64,000 nucleotides of DNA from Bifidobacterium breve. Its GTDB lineage: Bacteria; Actinomycetota; Actinomycetes; Nanopelagicales; Nanopelagicaceae. Both the position numbers and the translations under genes were made by a program. The first letter of the stretch is position 1. Every line of letters begins with the position of its first letter. Positions 45,995-56,515 of the stretch are shown here, piece by piece. The notes below the pieces were generated by a model, which did no database searches, had not been told where the DNA came from, and saw only the letters and a list, made by a program, of their open reading frames with translations. The stretch lies in the NCBI GenBank assembly GCA_945873335.1, contig CAMCCH010000001.1, positions 5,904 through 69,903 on the forward strand, written 5' to 3'.

Positions 45995-47200
45995 ATGAGC
46001 GCTACAGAGGAAAAAGATCAATTTACGGGACTCATTCTCCTCACTGGAATTGATAAACCGGGAATCACTGCAACTCTTTTTGAGACTCTTGCTCCATTCT
46101 CACTCACGGTGCTAGATATCGAACAAGTAGTCATTCGTGAACGACTCATTCTCACACTTCTTATTGCATGTAATCCGGCGCATAGCGAAGCTATCGACAC
46201 AGATCTCGAAGAACTCTCAAAGACTCTCGATGTTGATATCGCGACATCTTTTTCAAGTGCTCCCATTTCATCCATTGCAGCTAAGACAGGATTGGTTCAC
46301 GCCGTAATCCTTTCTCCAAAACTCTTGCCATCTGCCGTTGCAAAAGTTGCGCAGACTATCAGCAGACTTGGAGGCAATATTGAGTCAATCTCTCGAACCG
46401 CCTCATATCCAGTCACTGCAATTGAATTCGTCATCTCTCATGCAGATCAAAAAGTATTGAAATCCTCTTTAGCGCGCGTTGCGATAGAGCAAGGCGTAGA
46501 TATTGCAGTCCAGCCAGGTGGTCTCATGCGACATGCGAGAAAACTCGTTCTTCTCGATGTGGATTCGACTCTTATTCAACAAGAGGTTATCGAGCTGCTC
46601 GCCTCTAAGGCTGGCGTCAATGCCGAAGTTGTGAAAATAACCGATGCAGCAATGCGCGGGGAGATTGATTTTGAAGAAGCACTCACTGCTCGCGTCGCCT
46701 TACTCGCCGGCTTAGGAGGCGATGCTATTAGTCAGGTACAGAGCGAGATCGTGCTCACTCAAGGAGCTCGAACATTGATTAGAACTCTCCAGCGCCTTGG
46801 TCACACTGTGTGCGTGGTCTCTGGTGGCTTCCACAATGTTATTGACCCGCTCCTCAAAGAACTCAATATCATTCACTATCGCGCTAACACATTAGAAATT
46901 GTTGATGGCAAACTCACTGGCAAAGTAATAGGTCCCATCATCGATCGCGCTGCAAAAGCACAAGCTCTCAAAGACTTTTCAGCATTAGAGAAGATTCATA
47001 TTGATCAGACAATAGCTATCGGCGATGGTGCAAATGATCTCGACATGATTGCAATGGCTGGACTTGGTATCGCATTCAACGCAAAGCCAGCAGTCAAAGC
47101 GGCAGCAGATAGTTCTGTCAGCGCACCGTATTTAGATTCAGTTCTATATTTGCTAGGTATTGGCCGTGAAGAGATAGAAGAAGCAGACTCACATAATTAG
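45995..47200 (+). CDS. serB: Phosphoserine phosphatase with ACT domains
   Basis: G.DKPGIT ACT domain, DVDST, VSGGF, GDGAND. Confidence 0.92.
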   Translation: MSATEEKDQFTGLILLTGIDKPGITATLFETLAPFSLTVLDIEQVVIRERLILTLLIACNPAHSEAIDTDLEELSKTLDVDIATSFSSAPISSIAAKTGLVHAVILSPKLLPSAVAKVAQTISRLGGNIESISRTASYPVTAIEFVISHADQKVLKSSLARVAIEQGVDIAVQPGGLMRHARKLVLLDVDSTLIQQEVIELLASKAGVNAEVVKITDAAMRGEIDFEEALTARVALLAGLGGDAISQVQSEIVLTQGARTLIRTLQRLGHTVCVVSGGFHNVIDPLLKELNIIHYRANTLEIVDGKLTGKVIGPIIDRAAKAQALKDFSALEKIHIDQTIAIGDGANDLDMIAMAGLGIAFNAKPAVKAAADSSVSAPYLDSVLYLLGIGREEIEEADSHN

Positions 47201-48042
47201 AGACGACAAGCGTGGATATCTGTTACTAAAATTCCACGCGCACCAATAGCCCAAAGCTCATCCATAACTCTATTCGTCTCCTTGCGCAAAACCATTGCCC
47301 TCACAGCGACCCATTCATTATTTTGCAAGGGTGAAATAGTTGGCGATTCCAAGCCTGGCGTAATCGCACAAGCGGCCTCTGAATCAACCTTTTTCACATC
47401 GTAATCAAGGAGTACATACTTTCGGGCTGTCACAACACCTTGTAATCGACGAATTAGGATTTCCAAATCGTTCGGAATAGAAACACCAGATCGAGTGATC
47501 AGAACTGCCTCGCTCACAAGAATTGGTTCTGCAAATATCTTGAGACCAGCCTGTCGCAACGTGTTACCTGTACTGACAACATCGGCAATGAGATCAGCAA
47601 CACCAAGTCGAACACTGCTTTCAACTGCTCCATCGAGTCGGACTACCTCCGCCTTGATACCAAGTGAATTCAAATGCTTTTCCACTAACCCTGGATAGGC
47701 CGTTGCAACTCTCTTGCCAGAAATCTTCTGAATATCCCAATCAATATCAGCGCTTCCTGCAAATCTGAAAGTTGAGCCACCGAAATTGAGCTCTAGAACT
47801 TCATCTGCTTTTGCGCCAGAATCGATCAATAAATCACGCCCTGTAATGCCTGCTTCGAGTTCGCCGCTGCCAACATAGAGCGCGATATCGCGTGGGCGAA
47901 GATAGTAAAACTCAACACCATTTTCATTATCTAAAAGGACTAAGTCGCGACTATCGCTTCGCTGGCGATAACCCGCTTCCTTCAAGATCGCAATCGATTC
48001 ATCTGCTAAAGATCCCTTATTAGGAATTGCAATACGTAACAT
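47197..48042 (-). CDS. hisG: ATP phosphoribosyltransferase (long form)
   Basis: IAIPNKGSL, RPRDI, GITG.D, GAVE, DVVSTG.TL. Confidence 0.95.
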   Translation of the reverse strand: MLRIAIPNKGSLADESIAILKEAGYRQRSDSRDLVLLDNENGVEFYYLRPRDIALYVGSGELEAGITGRDLLIDSGAKADEVLELNFGGSTFRFAGSADIDWDIQKISGKRVATAYPGLVEKHLNSLGIKAEVVRLDGAVESSVRLGVADLIADVVSTGNTLRQAGLKIFAEPILVSEAVLITRSGVSIPNDLEILIRRLQGVVTARKYVLLDYDVKKVDSEAACAITPGLESPTISPLQNNEWVAVRAMVLRKETNRVMDELWAIGARGILVTDIHACRL

Positions 48043-48050
48043 CAGATCTC

Positions 48051-48314
48051 CTAGAGGTGTTTGTAGATGTCATCGAGGGTAAGTCCTCGCGCAATCATCA
48101 GAGTTTGAAGGTGATAGAGCAGTTGGCTTATCTCTTGCGCTAACGCTTCATTACTCTCATGCTCAGCTGCGAGCCACACTTCGCCTGCCTCTTCAATAAT
48201 CTTCTTGCCGATTGCGTGTATGCCTGCATCCAAGGCAGCAACAGTTCCTGAACCGTTGGGGCGAGTCAGCGCTATCTCGGATAACTCAGACCAGAGCGCC
48301 TCAAATGTTTTCAT
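48051..48314 (-). CDS. hisE: Phosphoribosyl-ATP diphosphatase
   Basis: [22 protein letters not shown]; upstream of hisG. Confidence 0.93.
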   Translation of the reverse strand: MKTFEALWSELSEIALTRPNGSGTVAALDAGIHAIGKKIIEEAGEVWLAAEHESNEALAQEISQLLYHLQTLMIARGLTLDDIYKHL

Positions 48315-48382
48315 AGCCAGAGTTTACTAGAGGTGAAGCCGCTTGCATTGACCATTATTGAGTCAGAATCGACTTTGGTTCA

Positions 48383-49042
48383 TCAGGATTTAGATGCGAG
48401 TTCACGTAGTGCGGTCACCATCGCTGCAGGATCTTGAGCATTGAAAACAGCACTGCCGGCAACGAAGGTGTCTGCGCCAGCATCTGCAGCGATTTCAATA
48501 GTTTCGAGTGAGACTCCACCATCGACCTGTAGCCAAATAGGTCTGGAACCAATTATTGCGCGAGTGCGCGAAACTTTACTCATCATATCGGTCATAAATT
48601 TTTGACCTCCAAAGCCTGGTTCAACAGTCATAATCAAGAACATATCTACATCATCAATAAAATCAACGTAATCCTCTATTTGCGTAGCAGGCTTGAGGGC
48701 TAAACCGGAGCGAGCACCAATCTTTCTAATAGCACGCAAGGTTCCAGAAACATCTTTCGTGGCTTCAGCATGAATGGTCACACTTGCGCAGCCGGCTTGC
48801 GCATATTCTGGAGCAATGTGATCTACGTCAGCAACCATCAAATGTGCATCAACAGGTAGTGGGCTCTCTTTGATAATTTTTGATGCTCTCTCAAAATTGA
48901 ATGTGAAGTTTGGGACGAAAACATTGTCCATAACATCTAGATGCAGAAGGTCTGAGACTTTGGCAATCTTTGCTATCTCTGACTGCAGATTACTAAAGTC
49001 AGCGTTGAGTATGGATGGCGTAATTCGGATATCGGAGGCCAT
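48383..49042 (-). CDS. rpe: Ribulose-phosphate 3-epimerase
   Basis: PSIL.ADF, HLDVMD, DAHLM, MTVEPGFGGQ, VDGG, VAGS. Confidence 0.95.
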   Translation of the reverse strand: MASDIRITPSILNADFSNLQSEIAKIAKVSDLLHLDVMDNVFVPNFTFNFERASKIIKESPLPVDAHLMVADVDHIAPEYAQAGCASVTIHAEATKDVSGTLRAIRKIGARSGLALKPATQIEDYVDFIDDVDMFLIMTVEPGFGGQKFMTDMMSKVSRTRAIIGSRPIWLQVDGGVSLETIEIAADAGADTFVAGSAVFNAQDPAAMVTALRELASKS

Positions 49043-49054
49043 GAAATAACCTTA

Positions 49055-50419
49055 CTATTTCACTTCACTCTTTTTACGAAAGAGTGCTAAAAACATCGCA
49101 TCAGTTCCGTGAATATGTGTCCATAAGGTCATAGATTCTGAGCGAGTTGCCCCTTCTAAGTTCTTTGGCATAAAAGCATCTACTGGAATTTGCTCTAAGT
49201 CAGGATGGGCTTTGAGTAAACCCATTACCTGAACTTGCGTTTCAGCTACATGCGGAGAACAAGTTGCATAGCCCAAAATTCCATCTGACTCTAGAACTTC
49301 ATATGCTCCCTCTAAAAGCTCTCTTTGCAATTGGGTAAGTTCGCGTAAATCCTGAACGGTTCTACGCCAGCGAACTTCGGGACGACGGCGAAGTGCGCCG
49401 AGTCCAGTACACGGTGCATCAATGAGAATTGCATCGAAAGTTTCGCCATGAGTAGATATCTCTCGTCCGTCTCCTACCCATACGCGTGCACCCGCTACAA
49501 CTTGTTTCACTAATTGCGCTCTAGGTGTAGATATTTCGTTCGCTGTGAATTGCGCACCATCGACGGTGGCGATACTAGATAGAAGCGCAGCTTTCCCACC
49601 TGGGCCTGCACAAAGATCTAACCAATTCTTTTTCCCCGACACTGCCGCTGCAAAGACTGTGGTTACTAATTGGGAGCCTTCATCTTGCACGCCAGCATTT
49701 CGATGTCGAATGACTTCAAGCGTTCCTGGAGCTCCATCAAATTGCGCACCATAGCTAGAGAATTTCGTTGCTACTCCCCCGAGCTCCACTAACTCTTTCT
49801 GTGTGGAGCGACCCGGCCATGAAACGAGAGTTGGCTTAGCCGCCACATTGTTTATCGAAAGGAGTGATTCAACTGCCTCCCAATCTTTGAGCAGATCAAA
49901 ATATGCAGAGACGATCCATTGAGGATGCGAATACGCAATAGAGAATCTTTCAACTGGATCACTAATCGATGCAAGTGGAGCAAACCAATCTTCTATCGAT
50001 GTACGAGTCACATTCCTTAGCAAGGCATTGACGAAACTCGCTTTTGATTCACCAATTCGTTTGCGCGCAACTTCTACTGTCGCACCTACGGCGGCGTGAT
50101 CGGGGACACGCATCTCGTGAATTTGATGCACGCCCATACGGGCAATATCTACGATTCCTGCATCTACTTCACTCCATGGGCGATCACTAATCTGAGCTAA
50201 AACCCAATCGTGCTTACCCTGCATACGTAAAGTTCCATAGAGTAATTCTGTTACGAATGAGCGATCGCGTTCATCCAATGAACTTGCAGAAAGCGCTTGA
50301 GGCAGAAGAAGATTTGAGAAGCCACCATTTCTATTGACTTCGGTGAGAAGATCAAATGCTAGAAGACGCGATGCATCTGGTTTAGGAGACTTGAATGTGT
50401 TGCGACGGGCCTCAACCAA
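49055..50419 (-). CDS. rsmB: 16S rRNA m5C methyltransferase RsmB (NusB-like domain plus MTase)
   Basis: FVNALLR, VQDEGSQ, DLCAGPGGK, DAPCTG.G..RRRPE, YATCS; start uncertain (TTG 50419 or GTG 50428). Confidence 0.88.
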   Translation of the reverse strand: MVEARRNTFKSPKPDASRLLAFDLLTEVNRNGGFSNLLLPQALSASSLDERDRSFVTELLYGTLRMQGKHDWVLAQISDRPWSEVDAGIVDIARMGVHQIHEMRVPDHAAVGATVEVARKRIGESKASFVNALLRNVTRTSIEDWFAPLASISDPVERFSIAYSHPQWIVSAYFDLLKDWEAVESLLSINNVAAKPTLVSWPGRSTQKELVELGGVATKFSSYGAQFDGAPGTLEVIRHRNAGVQDEGSQLVTTVFAAAVSGKKNWLDLCAGPGGKAALLSSIATVDGAQFTANEISTPRAQLVKQVVAGARVWVGDGREISTHGETFDAILIDAPCTGLGALRRRPEVRWRRTVQDLRELTQLQRELLEGAYEVLESDGILGYATCSPHVAETQVQVMGLLKAHPDLEQIPVDAFMPKNLEGATRSESMTLWTHIHGTDAMFLALFRKKSEVK

Positions 50420-51323
50420 AGAGTTCACCTGGAAGTATGCGCGCTCCTCTAGCCCAATCACTCGCTCTCATTTCATTTTTCCCTGCTGGAGTGAGTTCCA
50501 ATATCTCAATGCCTTCATTCTTGGCACATCCGATTGTTACAGTATTCGCATCGACTCTGATCTCACCGATATTTATCCCTGAAGAAGTCACAATATTTCC
50601 TGTTCGAGAGATCTTCATTTTCTCACCACGAAAGAGTGTCCATGCACTAGGAGATGGGTAAAAAGCGCGGACCTTATTAGATATTGCGAGAGCAGAACCA
50701 TTGAAATCTAACTTAGCTTCCTCTACCGAAATCTTCGGTGCAAGACTCAACTCACCACTTTGAATCCTCGGACTCTCATTTTGCGCAATCATTTCGCAGG
50801 TTCGAGCAAGTGCTTTGGGCCCCATGTGAGCAAGTGCCTCTAGTAACTCACTCGCTCTCCATTTTGGATCTATAGAAACACTCTCCGAAACATAAATGGG
50901 TCCAGTGTCCATTCCTTTATCCAGGGCAAAAACAGTTACACCCGTGATTACCTCGCCATTTGCTAGGGCACGTTGGACAGGTGCAGCTCCACGATACTTG
51001 GGAAGAAGTGAGAAGTGCAGGTTGATGAAACCATGTTTAGGTAGTGAAAGAATTTTCTCCGGCAAGATAACGCCATAGCCAATCGTTATCACTAGATCTA
51101 GATCCTCAAGGTGACCAATCAATTCATCGCTGTGAATTGGCTTCAGACACATAATTGCGTGCTCTTGCGACCATTGCGCAACAATTGACGGTGTTAGAAC
51201 TCTTCCTCGCCCTGATGGTTTATCAGGCACAGAGATTGTCCTGACTAACTGGTGATCGCTCGCTAAGAGCCAATTCAATGATGGAAGTGCAACTGCTGGC
51301 GTTGCCGCCACGCCTATGCGCAC
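50412..51323 (-). CDS. fmt: Methionyl-tRNA formyltransferase
   Basis: PDKPSGRG, INLHFSLLPKYRGAAPVQ, MDTGP, APKI. Confidence 0.94.
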   Translation of the reverse strand: MRIGVAATPAVALPSLNWLLASDHQLVRTISVPDKPSGRGRVLTPSIVAQWSQEHAIMCLKPIHSDELIGHLEDLDLVITIGYGVILPEKILSLPKHGFINLHFSLLPKYRGAAPVQRALANGEVITGVTVFALDKGMDTGPIYVSESVSIDPKWRASELLEALAHMGPKALARTCEMIAQNESPRIQSGELSLAPKISVEEAKLDFNGSALAISNKVRAFYPSPSAWTLFRGEKMKISRTGNIVTSSGINIGEIRVDANTVTIGCAKNEGIEILELTPAGKNEMRASDWARGARILPGELFG

Positions 51324-51877
51324 TAAGTATTCCGTCCGAATAGGGAATGAGGAGATTCCTTGATAATCGGAATAGCACCATTATTCTCATTGAACCATTC
51401 GGATTCCCGGATCTCTTTCATTGCTAATTTTCTATCTTCAGCGCTAAGTCGATCGATGAAAAGAATTCCATCTAAATGATCGGTTTCGTGTTGAATCGCG
51501 CGCGCTAAAAGTTCAGATCCTTCAACGCTAATCGGCTCACCATACATATTCCAACCTTTTGCGACAACTCTCATTGCGCGCGGCGCTGGGTAGCGAAGAT
51601 CAGGAAACGAGAGACATCCTTCTTCACCTTCTTGCAATTCATCACTCAAATCCAAGGATGGATTGATTAGATGTCCCAACGTTTCATCAACATCCCAGAC
51701 AAATACACGAAGTGGAACACCTATTTGAGGCGCTGCCAATCCAGCACCAGGGGCATCAATCATGGTCTCAGTTAGATCTTGCACCAGCGTACGTAACTCT
51801 TTATCAAAATCAATAACTGGCGCTGTCTTCGTCACCAATACTGGATCACCAAAGAGACGAATTGGTTGAATTGACAT
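51323..51877 (-). CDS. def: Peptide deformylase
   Basis: GAGLAAPQIG, EGCLS, QHETDHLDG. Confidence 0.96.
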   Translation of the reverse strand: MSIQPIRLFGDPVLVTKTAPVIDFDKELRTLVQDLTETMIDAPGAGLAAPQIGVPLRVFVWDVDETLGHLINPSLDLSDELQEGEEGCLSFPDLRYPAPRAMRVVAKGWNMYGEPISVEGSELLARAIQHETDHLDGILFIDRLSAEDRKLAMKEIRESEWFNENNGAIPIIKESPHSLFGRNT

Positions 51878-51913
51878 GTGCGAAGTCTACCAAGGCGTGC
51901 AGAAACTTTCACA

Positions 51914-53803
51914 TTACGCGAGTGAGTATGGAGTTATTCGAATATATAGAAGTGGTTTTTTGGCGATTCCGCGTTTGCGTTGGAGTTCACGTAAGAAATT
52001 TGCGGTACTTTCATGATCTTCTTCATTGAAACGCAGGATGATCTTCGATTCCGAATTGCCTAGCTCAACAGGTCCCAAAATAGAGACCGTTGAATTCAAG
52101 CGCCCAGAAGTAATCGAGCTTCGAAGACCAGAAACAAGTTGAGTTGCTTCCTGGCTTGCAACGCGAAGGTATGCACTCCTTTCAAAGGGTGGAAGTCCGA
52201 GTTCTAAACGTTCACGTAACTCTCTCTGAATCATTGTTGCTGGATTCCATTGAGTGACCGCGGCGATTATTGGATGCGCATCATCTATTGCCATAAGAAT
52301 CTGGCCATCTTTTCTCACTAGTGCACACGTTTCGAAAAGCATTTCAAGAGCACGCTCCCCCGCACAGAGATCGTCATGAGAGAAGAATGCTAAGGCGTTC
52401 AAAATCACAACAGCGCTATAGCCATTTTTTGTAATCGGCTGAGCTCCCGGAGTCGCAATAACGATAGATTTATCGTCAGCAACTTCATTCTTAATCGATT
52501 CTCCAGATGAAGAAATGATTGAGACATTGGGGAATGCGCGACCAATCTCCTCGCTCGCGCGATCTATACCTCGTCCACCTGCATACTGCTTATCGCTCTT
52601 GCACCACGCACAACGCCATAACGGAAACTCTTGAGCACAATGCGAGCATTGAGGTGGCTTATTGCCTGCGACGATTTTTACGCGTCCACCGCACGCACAA
52701 AGGGCAAAATTTCTGCACTGTCCGCAAATCAACGCGCTTGCATAGCCTTTTCGCGAGACTAAGAATAAGACTGGTCCCTTTTTGATTGCATCTCGGACAG
52801 GTTGAAAGATTCGATCAGGTAGTAATTGAGCAGGTAACGGAGTAAATGCTCGTACGCTCAAGCGGTGCGATTCATGAATGTACTTGATGCGCCGTTGATC
52901 AATCTCACGAGCAATATTGAGTGAAGGAACATAAGAAACGAAAAGTAGATCTACGGATTCATCAGAGGCGCGCATCCGTGCGACATCTCCTACATTCCAT
53001 CCGGGAGATCGAGGATCAAAATAGTCAGGTGATGACTCTTTGTACACAATAATCGAAGAGAGGTTCGCAACTGGTGCAAAGATGGCACTTCGAGTTCCTA
53101 TGACTAATCTTTTCGACTGCGAGAGTGCATCCAAATAGTTTTCATATCTTTCGCTTCGACTCAGTGAACTACCAAGAATTATTGCCTCATTACCTGGATT
53201 ATCCTCGCCCCACAACAACGCTAATGAGAATAGGTCTCGTTCATCGGGAACAATAACGAGTGATGAACCATGAGTTAGGTCAATGAGTGCTAGAAGCTCT
53301 TTCAATGGCGAGATGTGGGGTGCTAAAGCTAAAAACTCAACTCTCTGCTTACCTCTCTTTTTTTCATGTGGCTTTACCTCATAAGAATTCCTGCCCTTTT
53401 CTACACTCGCCACGCGTGGAGGTATTGCACTACGTAATACATCACTTGTCGACGCTGAGAAATAATTGGCAACGCGTTCATAGAGTTTGAGTGACGATGG
53501 CGTCGCAACGGGAAAATTTGAGAGAACCTTGGTAATACTCTTGAGTTTTGCGCCGGTTTGGGAACTGGAATGTCTTGATATGACAATGCCTTCTACTTCA
53601 TGATGTGAAAATGGAATCTGAACTCGAATACCAACACTGACTCGAGAAGACATCTCCTGCGGGACTAGGTAGTCATACGGTTGGTCTAGATGATCCACAC
53701 CGGTTTCCACCCAGATACGAGCAATAGGTGCATCATGAGCTGCTTCACCGGCTGGTTTAGCAATTACCTCAGACTTCAGACGAAAAAGACGAGGCGTTGC
53801 CAT
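51914..53803 (-). CDS. priA: Primosomal protein N' (degenerate helicase motifs)
   Basis: HLD..YDY N-terminus, GTRSAIFAP, C..C/C..C/C..C Zn cluster, LPPF; position between metK and def. Confidence 0.82.
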   Translation of the reverse strand: MATPRLFRLKSEVIAKPAGEAAHDAPIARIWVETGVDHLDQPYDYLVPQEMSSRVSVGIRVQIPFSHHEVEGIVISRHSSSQTGAKLKSITKVLSNFPVATPSSLKLYERVANYFSASTSDVLRSAIPPRVASVEKGRNSYEVKPHEKKRGKQRVEFLALAPHISPLKELLALIDLTHGSSLVIVPDERDLFSLALLWGEDNPGNEAIILGSSLSRSERYENYLDALSQSKRLVIGTRSAIFAPVANLSSIIVYKESSPDYFDPRSPGWNVGDVARMRASDESVDLLFVSYVPSLNIAREIDQRRIKYIHESHRLSVRAFTPLPAQLLPDRIFQPVRDAIKKGPVLFLVSRKGYASALICGQCRNFALCACGGRVKIVAGNKPPQCSHCAQEFPLWRCAWCKSDKQYAGGRGIDRASEEIGRAFPNVSIISSSGESIKNEVADDKSIVIATPGAQPITKNGYSAVVILNALAFFSHDDLCAGERALEMLFETCALVRKDGQILMAIDDAHPIIAAVTQWNPATMIQRELRERLELGLPPFERSAYLRVASQEATQLVSGLRSSITSGRLNSTVSILGPVELGNSESKIILRFNEEDHESTANFLRELQRKRGIAKKPLLYIRITPYSLA

Positions 53804-53821
53804 TTCAGATCATTGTCAGAA

Positions 53822-55009
53822 CTAGAGCGCTGATTGCAAAGCGCTAACACGATCTGTCTTCTCCCAGGAAAATTCAGGAAGTTCGCGACCAAAGTGACCG
53901 TATGCACTTGTCTTCGAATAAATTGGTCGCAATAAGTCAAGGTCACGAATAATCGCTGCTGGGCGAAGATCGAAAGTTGCAAGTACGGCATCTTGAATGC
54001 GCGACACTGGAACCGTTTCAGTTCCAAAAGTCTCAACAAAGAGACCCACTGGTTGAGCCTTACCAATTGCATATGCAATCTGTACTTCGCAACGCCTCGC
54101 TAAGCCCGCTGCAACAACATTCTTTGCAACCCAACGCATTGCATAAGCCGCCGAGCGATCAACTTTCGATGGATCCTTGCCGCTAAATGCGCCACCGCCA
54201 TGTCGTGCCATGCCGCCATATGTATCAACAATAATCTTGCGACCAGTAAGGCCTGCATCTCCCATTGGTCCACCAATAACAAAGCGACCAGTTGGATTGA
54301 TCAGAATGCGCAGATCATTTTTGGGAAGATCAATCTTTGCCAAGATTGGGTCAATGACTGAGGCAATAATTTCGGGTGTGAGTTTCTTCGCAACATCTAC
54401 TTCTTCTGCGTGCTGACTAGAAATTACGACAGTATTGAGAGCAATCGCTTTATCGCCGTCGTACTCAATCGTTACTTGTGTTTTTCCATCGGGGCGCAAA
54501 TATGGAAGTGAGCCATCTTTGCGAACCTTAGATAGTTGTTGGGCTAATTCGTGCGCCAACCAGATAGGAAGTGGCATCAGTTCTTTCGTATCATCGCAGG
54601 CATAACCAAACATAAGTCCTTGATCGCCGGCACCTTGTAGGTCCAAAGGATCAACTGATGATGAAACGCGATTTTCGTAGGCATCATCGACACCTTGGGC
54701 AATATCTTGTGACTGTTGTCCAATTGAAACAGATACACCACATGAATTTCCGTCAAAGCCTTTATCTGATGAGTCGTATCCGATATTCAATACAGTTTCG
54801 CGAACGATGCCCATGACATCGGCATAAGCATCAGTTGTAACTTCACCAGCTACGTGTACTTGACCAGTTGTGATCAGTGTTTCAACAGCGACGCGGCTCT
54901 TCTTGTCCTGACCGATCAATGAATCCAAAATTGCATCAGAGATTTGGTCAGCAATCTTATCTGGATGACCTTCGGTAACTGATTCAGATGTAAATAGACG
55001 TTTCGACAT
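53822..55009 (-). CDS. metK: S-adenosylmethionine synthetase
   Basis: [28 protein letters not shown]. Confidence 0.98.
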   Translation of the reverse strand: MSKRLFTSESVTEGHPDKIADQISDAILDSLIGQDKKSRVAVETLITTGQVHVAGEVTTDAYADVMGIVRETVLNIGYDSSDKGFDGNSCGVSVSIGQQSQDIAQGVDDAYENRVSSSVDPLDLQGAGDQGLMFGYACDDTKELMPLPIWLAHELAQQLSKVRKDGSLPYLRPDGKTQVTIEYDGDKAIALNTVVISSQHAEEVDVAKKLTPEIIASVIDPILAKIDLPKNDLRILINPTGRFVIGGPMGDAGLTGRKIIVDTYGGMARHGGGAFSGKDPSKVDRSAAYAMRWVAKNVVAAGLARRCEVQIAYAIGKAQPVGLFVETFGTETVPVSRIQDAVLATFDLRPAAIIRDLDLLRPIYSKTSAYGHFGRELPEFSWEKTDRVSALQSAL

Positions 55010-55013
55010 TGTC

Positions 55014-56201
55014 CTAACCTAACTTGTGTAGTGCTTGATCTAGCAGAAGGTGTGAGAGCGTGTCCTTGCTCATCTCATCTACTGGTATTACCGCGCCATT
55101 GCGGTCGAGAATTGAACCGTTCGTTGAGTCACTTCCGAAGATGGCTCCCCCACTAACATCATTGAGATAGAGCAAGTCAAGATCTTTACTCTCCAACTTC
55201 TTCTTAGCAGAAATCATATGCTCCGAAGTCTCGGCAGCAAAACCAACAATGACTTGACCCTTGTGACGTCTCTTGGTCAACGTAGCAATGAGATCAGGAT
55301 TAGCTTCTAATTCAATGGAGCCAAAGAAAGCCTTCTTAATCTTCTCAAGTGATATCTGCTTTGGTTTTGCATCTGCAACTGCGGCGCTCATAATTACTAC
55401 ATCACTTGCATCAAAGAGTTCTTCTAGTTGAGAGAGCATCTCATCTGCGCGTTCAACGCGATAGATATCGACTCCAGGAATATCGTCAATCTCGCAATTC
55501 GCTGCGACTAATGACACCTGCGCGCCTCGAGATAGGGCAGCGTGCGCTAATGCAAAACCTTGCTTTCCAGAAGAACGATTGCCAATAAATCGAACAGGGT
55601 CGATAGGTTCGCGCGTTCCTCCTGCTGAGATAAGAACTCGTTTGCCTAGATAATCACGTTTAGCGCCAGTTACTTTAGAAAACTCATCGATTATTTCTGC
55701 TGTATCGGGAAATCTTCCTTGACCGGAATCTGCACCGGTAAGGCGACCCACAGCTGGTTCCATCACTATGTAGCCACGACTTCGAAGTGTTGCGACATTA
55801 GATTTCGTAGCTGGGTCATTCCACATGCTTGTATGCATTGCAGGAACGATCATGATTGGAACAGTTGTTGCGAGAACAAGATTAGTGAGCAGATCATCAG
55901 CCCTACCTGCTGCCATGCGAGCAATGAGATCTGCAGTTGCAGGTGCAATCAGAAAATAGTCTGCCTTTTCGGCCAGTTGAATATGGGTAATGCCAGCAAC
56001 GTTCTCCCACACTTGCGTGTAAACGCTACGACCAGAGAGTGCTTCCCATGTTGCGCTACCAACAAAGTTCAGAGATGAGGGTGTGGGAACAACACTGACT
56101 AGATACCCTTCGTCTTGGAGACGTCGCAAAAGATCACAAGCTTTGTATGCTGCAATACCAGCCCCAACACCGAGAACAATCTCTCTTCCGCTTTTCTTCA
56201 T
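55014..56201 (-). CDS. coaBC: Phosphopantothenoylcysteine decarboxylase/ligase
   Basis: [42 protein letters not shown]. Confidence 0.95.
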   Translation of the reverse strand: MKKSGREIVLGVGAGIAAYKACDLLRRLQDEGYLVSVVPTPSSLNFVGSATWEALSGRSVYTQVWENVAGITHIQLAEKADYFLIAPATADLIARMAAGRADDLLTNLVLATTVPIMIVPAMHTSMWNDPATKSNVATLRSRGYIVMEPAVGRLTGADSGQGRFPDTAEIIDEFSKVTGAKRDYLGKRVLISAGGTREPIDPVRFIGNRSSGKQGFALAHAALSRGAQVSLVAANCEIDDIPGVDIYRVERADEMLSQLEELFDASDVVIMSAAVADAKPKQISLEKIKKAFFGSIELEANPDLIATLTKRRHKGQVIVGFAAETSEHMISAKKKLESKDLDLLYLNDVSGGAIFGSDSTNGSILDRNGAVIPVDEMSKDTLSHLLLDQALHKLG

Positions 56202-56222
56202 TGCGGTTGGTGACGCGCGAAA

Positions 56223-56471
56223 TTACGCGGTTGGTTCGAGATTCTCGATTGTCAATAAACCTTCGTTAATTTCACGTAGGGCTATTGAAAGTGGCTTCTC
56301 GTGGACATGAGTTTCAACTAGCGGTCCAACATACTCAAGAAGACCCTCGCCTAGTTGTGAATAATATGCATTGATCTGACGTGCACGCTTTGCTGCGTAG
56401 AGAACGAGACCATACTTTGAACCGCTCTTATCCAAGAGTTCATCAATTGGTGGATTTGTAATGCCGTCCAT
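56223..56471 (-). CDS. rpoZ: RNA polymerase omega subunit
   Basis: PPID.LL...SKY.LV...[18 protein letters not shown]. Confidence 0.95.
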   Translation of the reverse strand: MDGITNPPIDELLDKSGSKYGLVLYAAKRARQINAYYSQLGEGLLEYVGPLVETHVHEKPLSIALREINEGLLTIENLEPTA

Positions 56472-56515
56472 GTAATTCCCCTAACAATGCGCTCTGTTGA
56501 CAGCTAGCTCAGCGG

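Noticed and set aside
56497-56512. TTGACAGCTAGCTCAG, identical to the first 16 nt of the synthetic J23119 promoter as I recall it
   Set aside because: The match stops before the -10, no TANNNT lies at the right spacing, no other synthetic parts are present, and the gmk-rpoZ context is native. Treated as coincidence.
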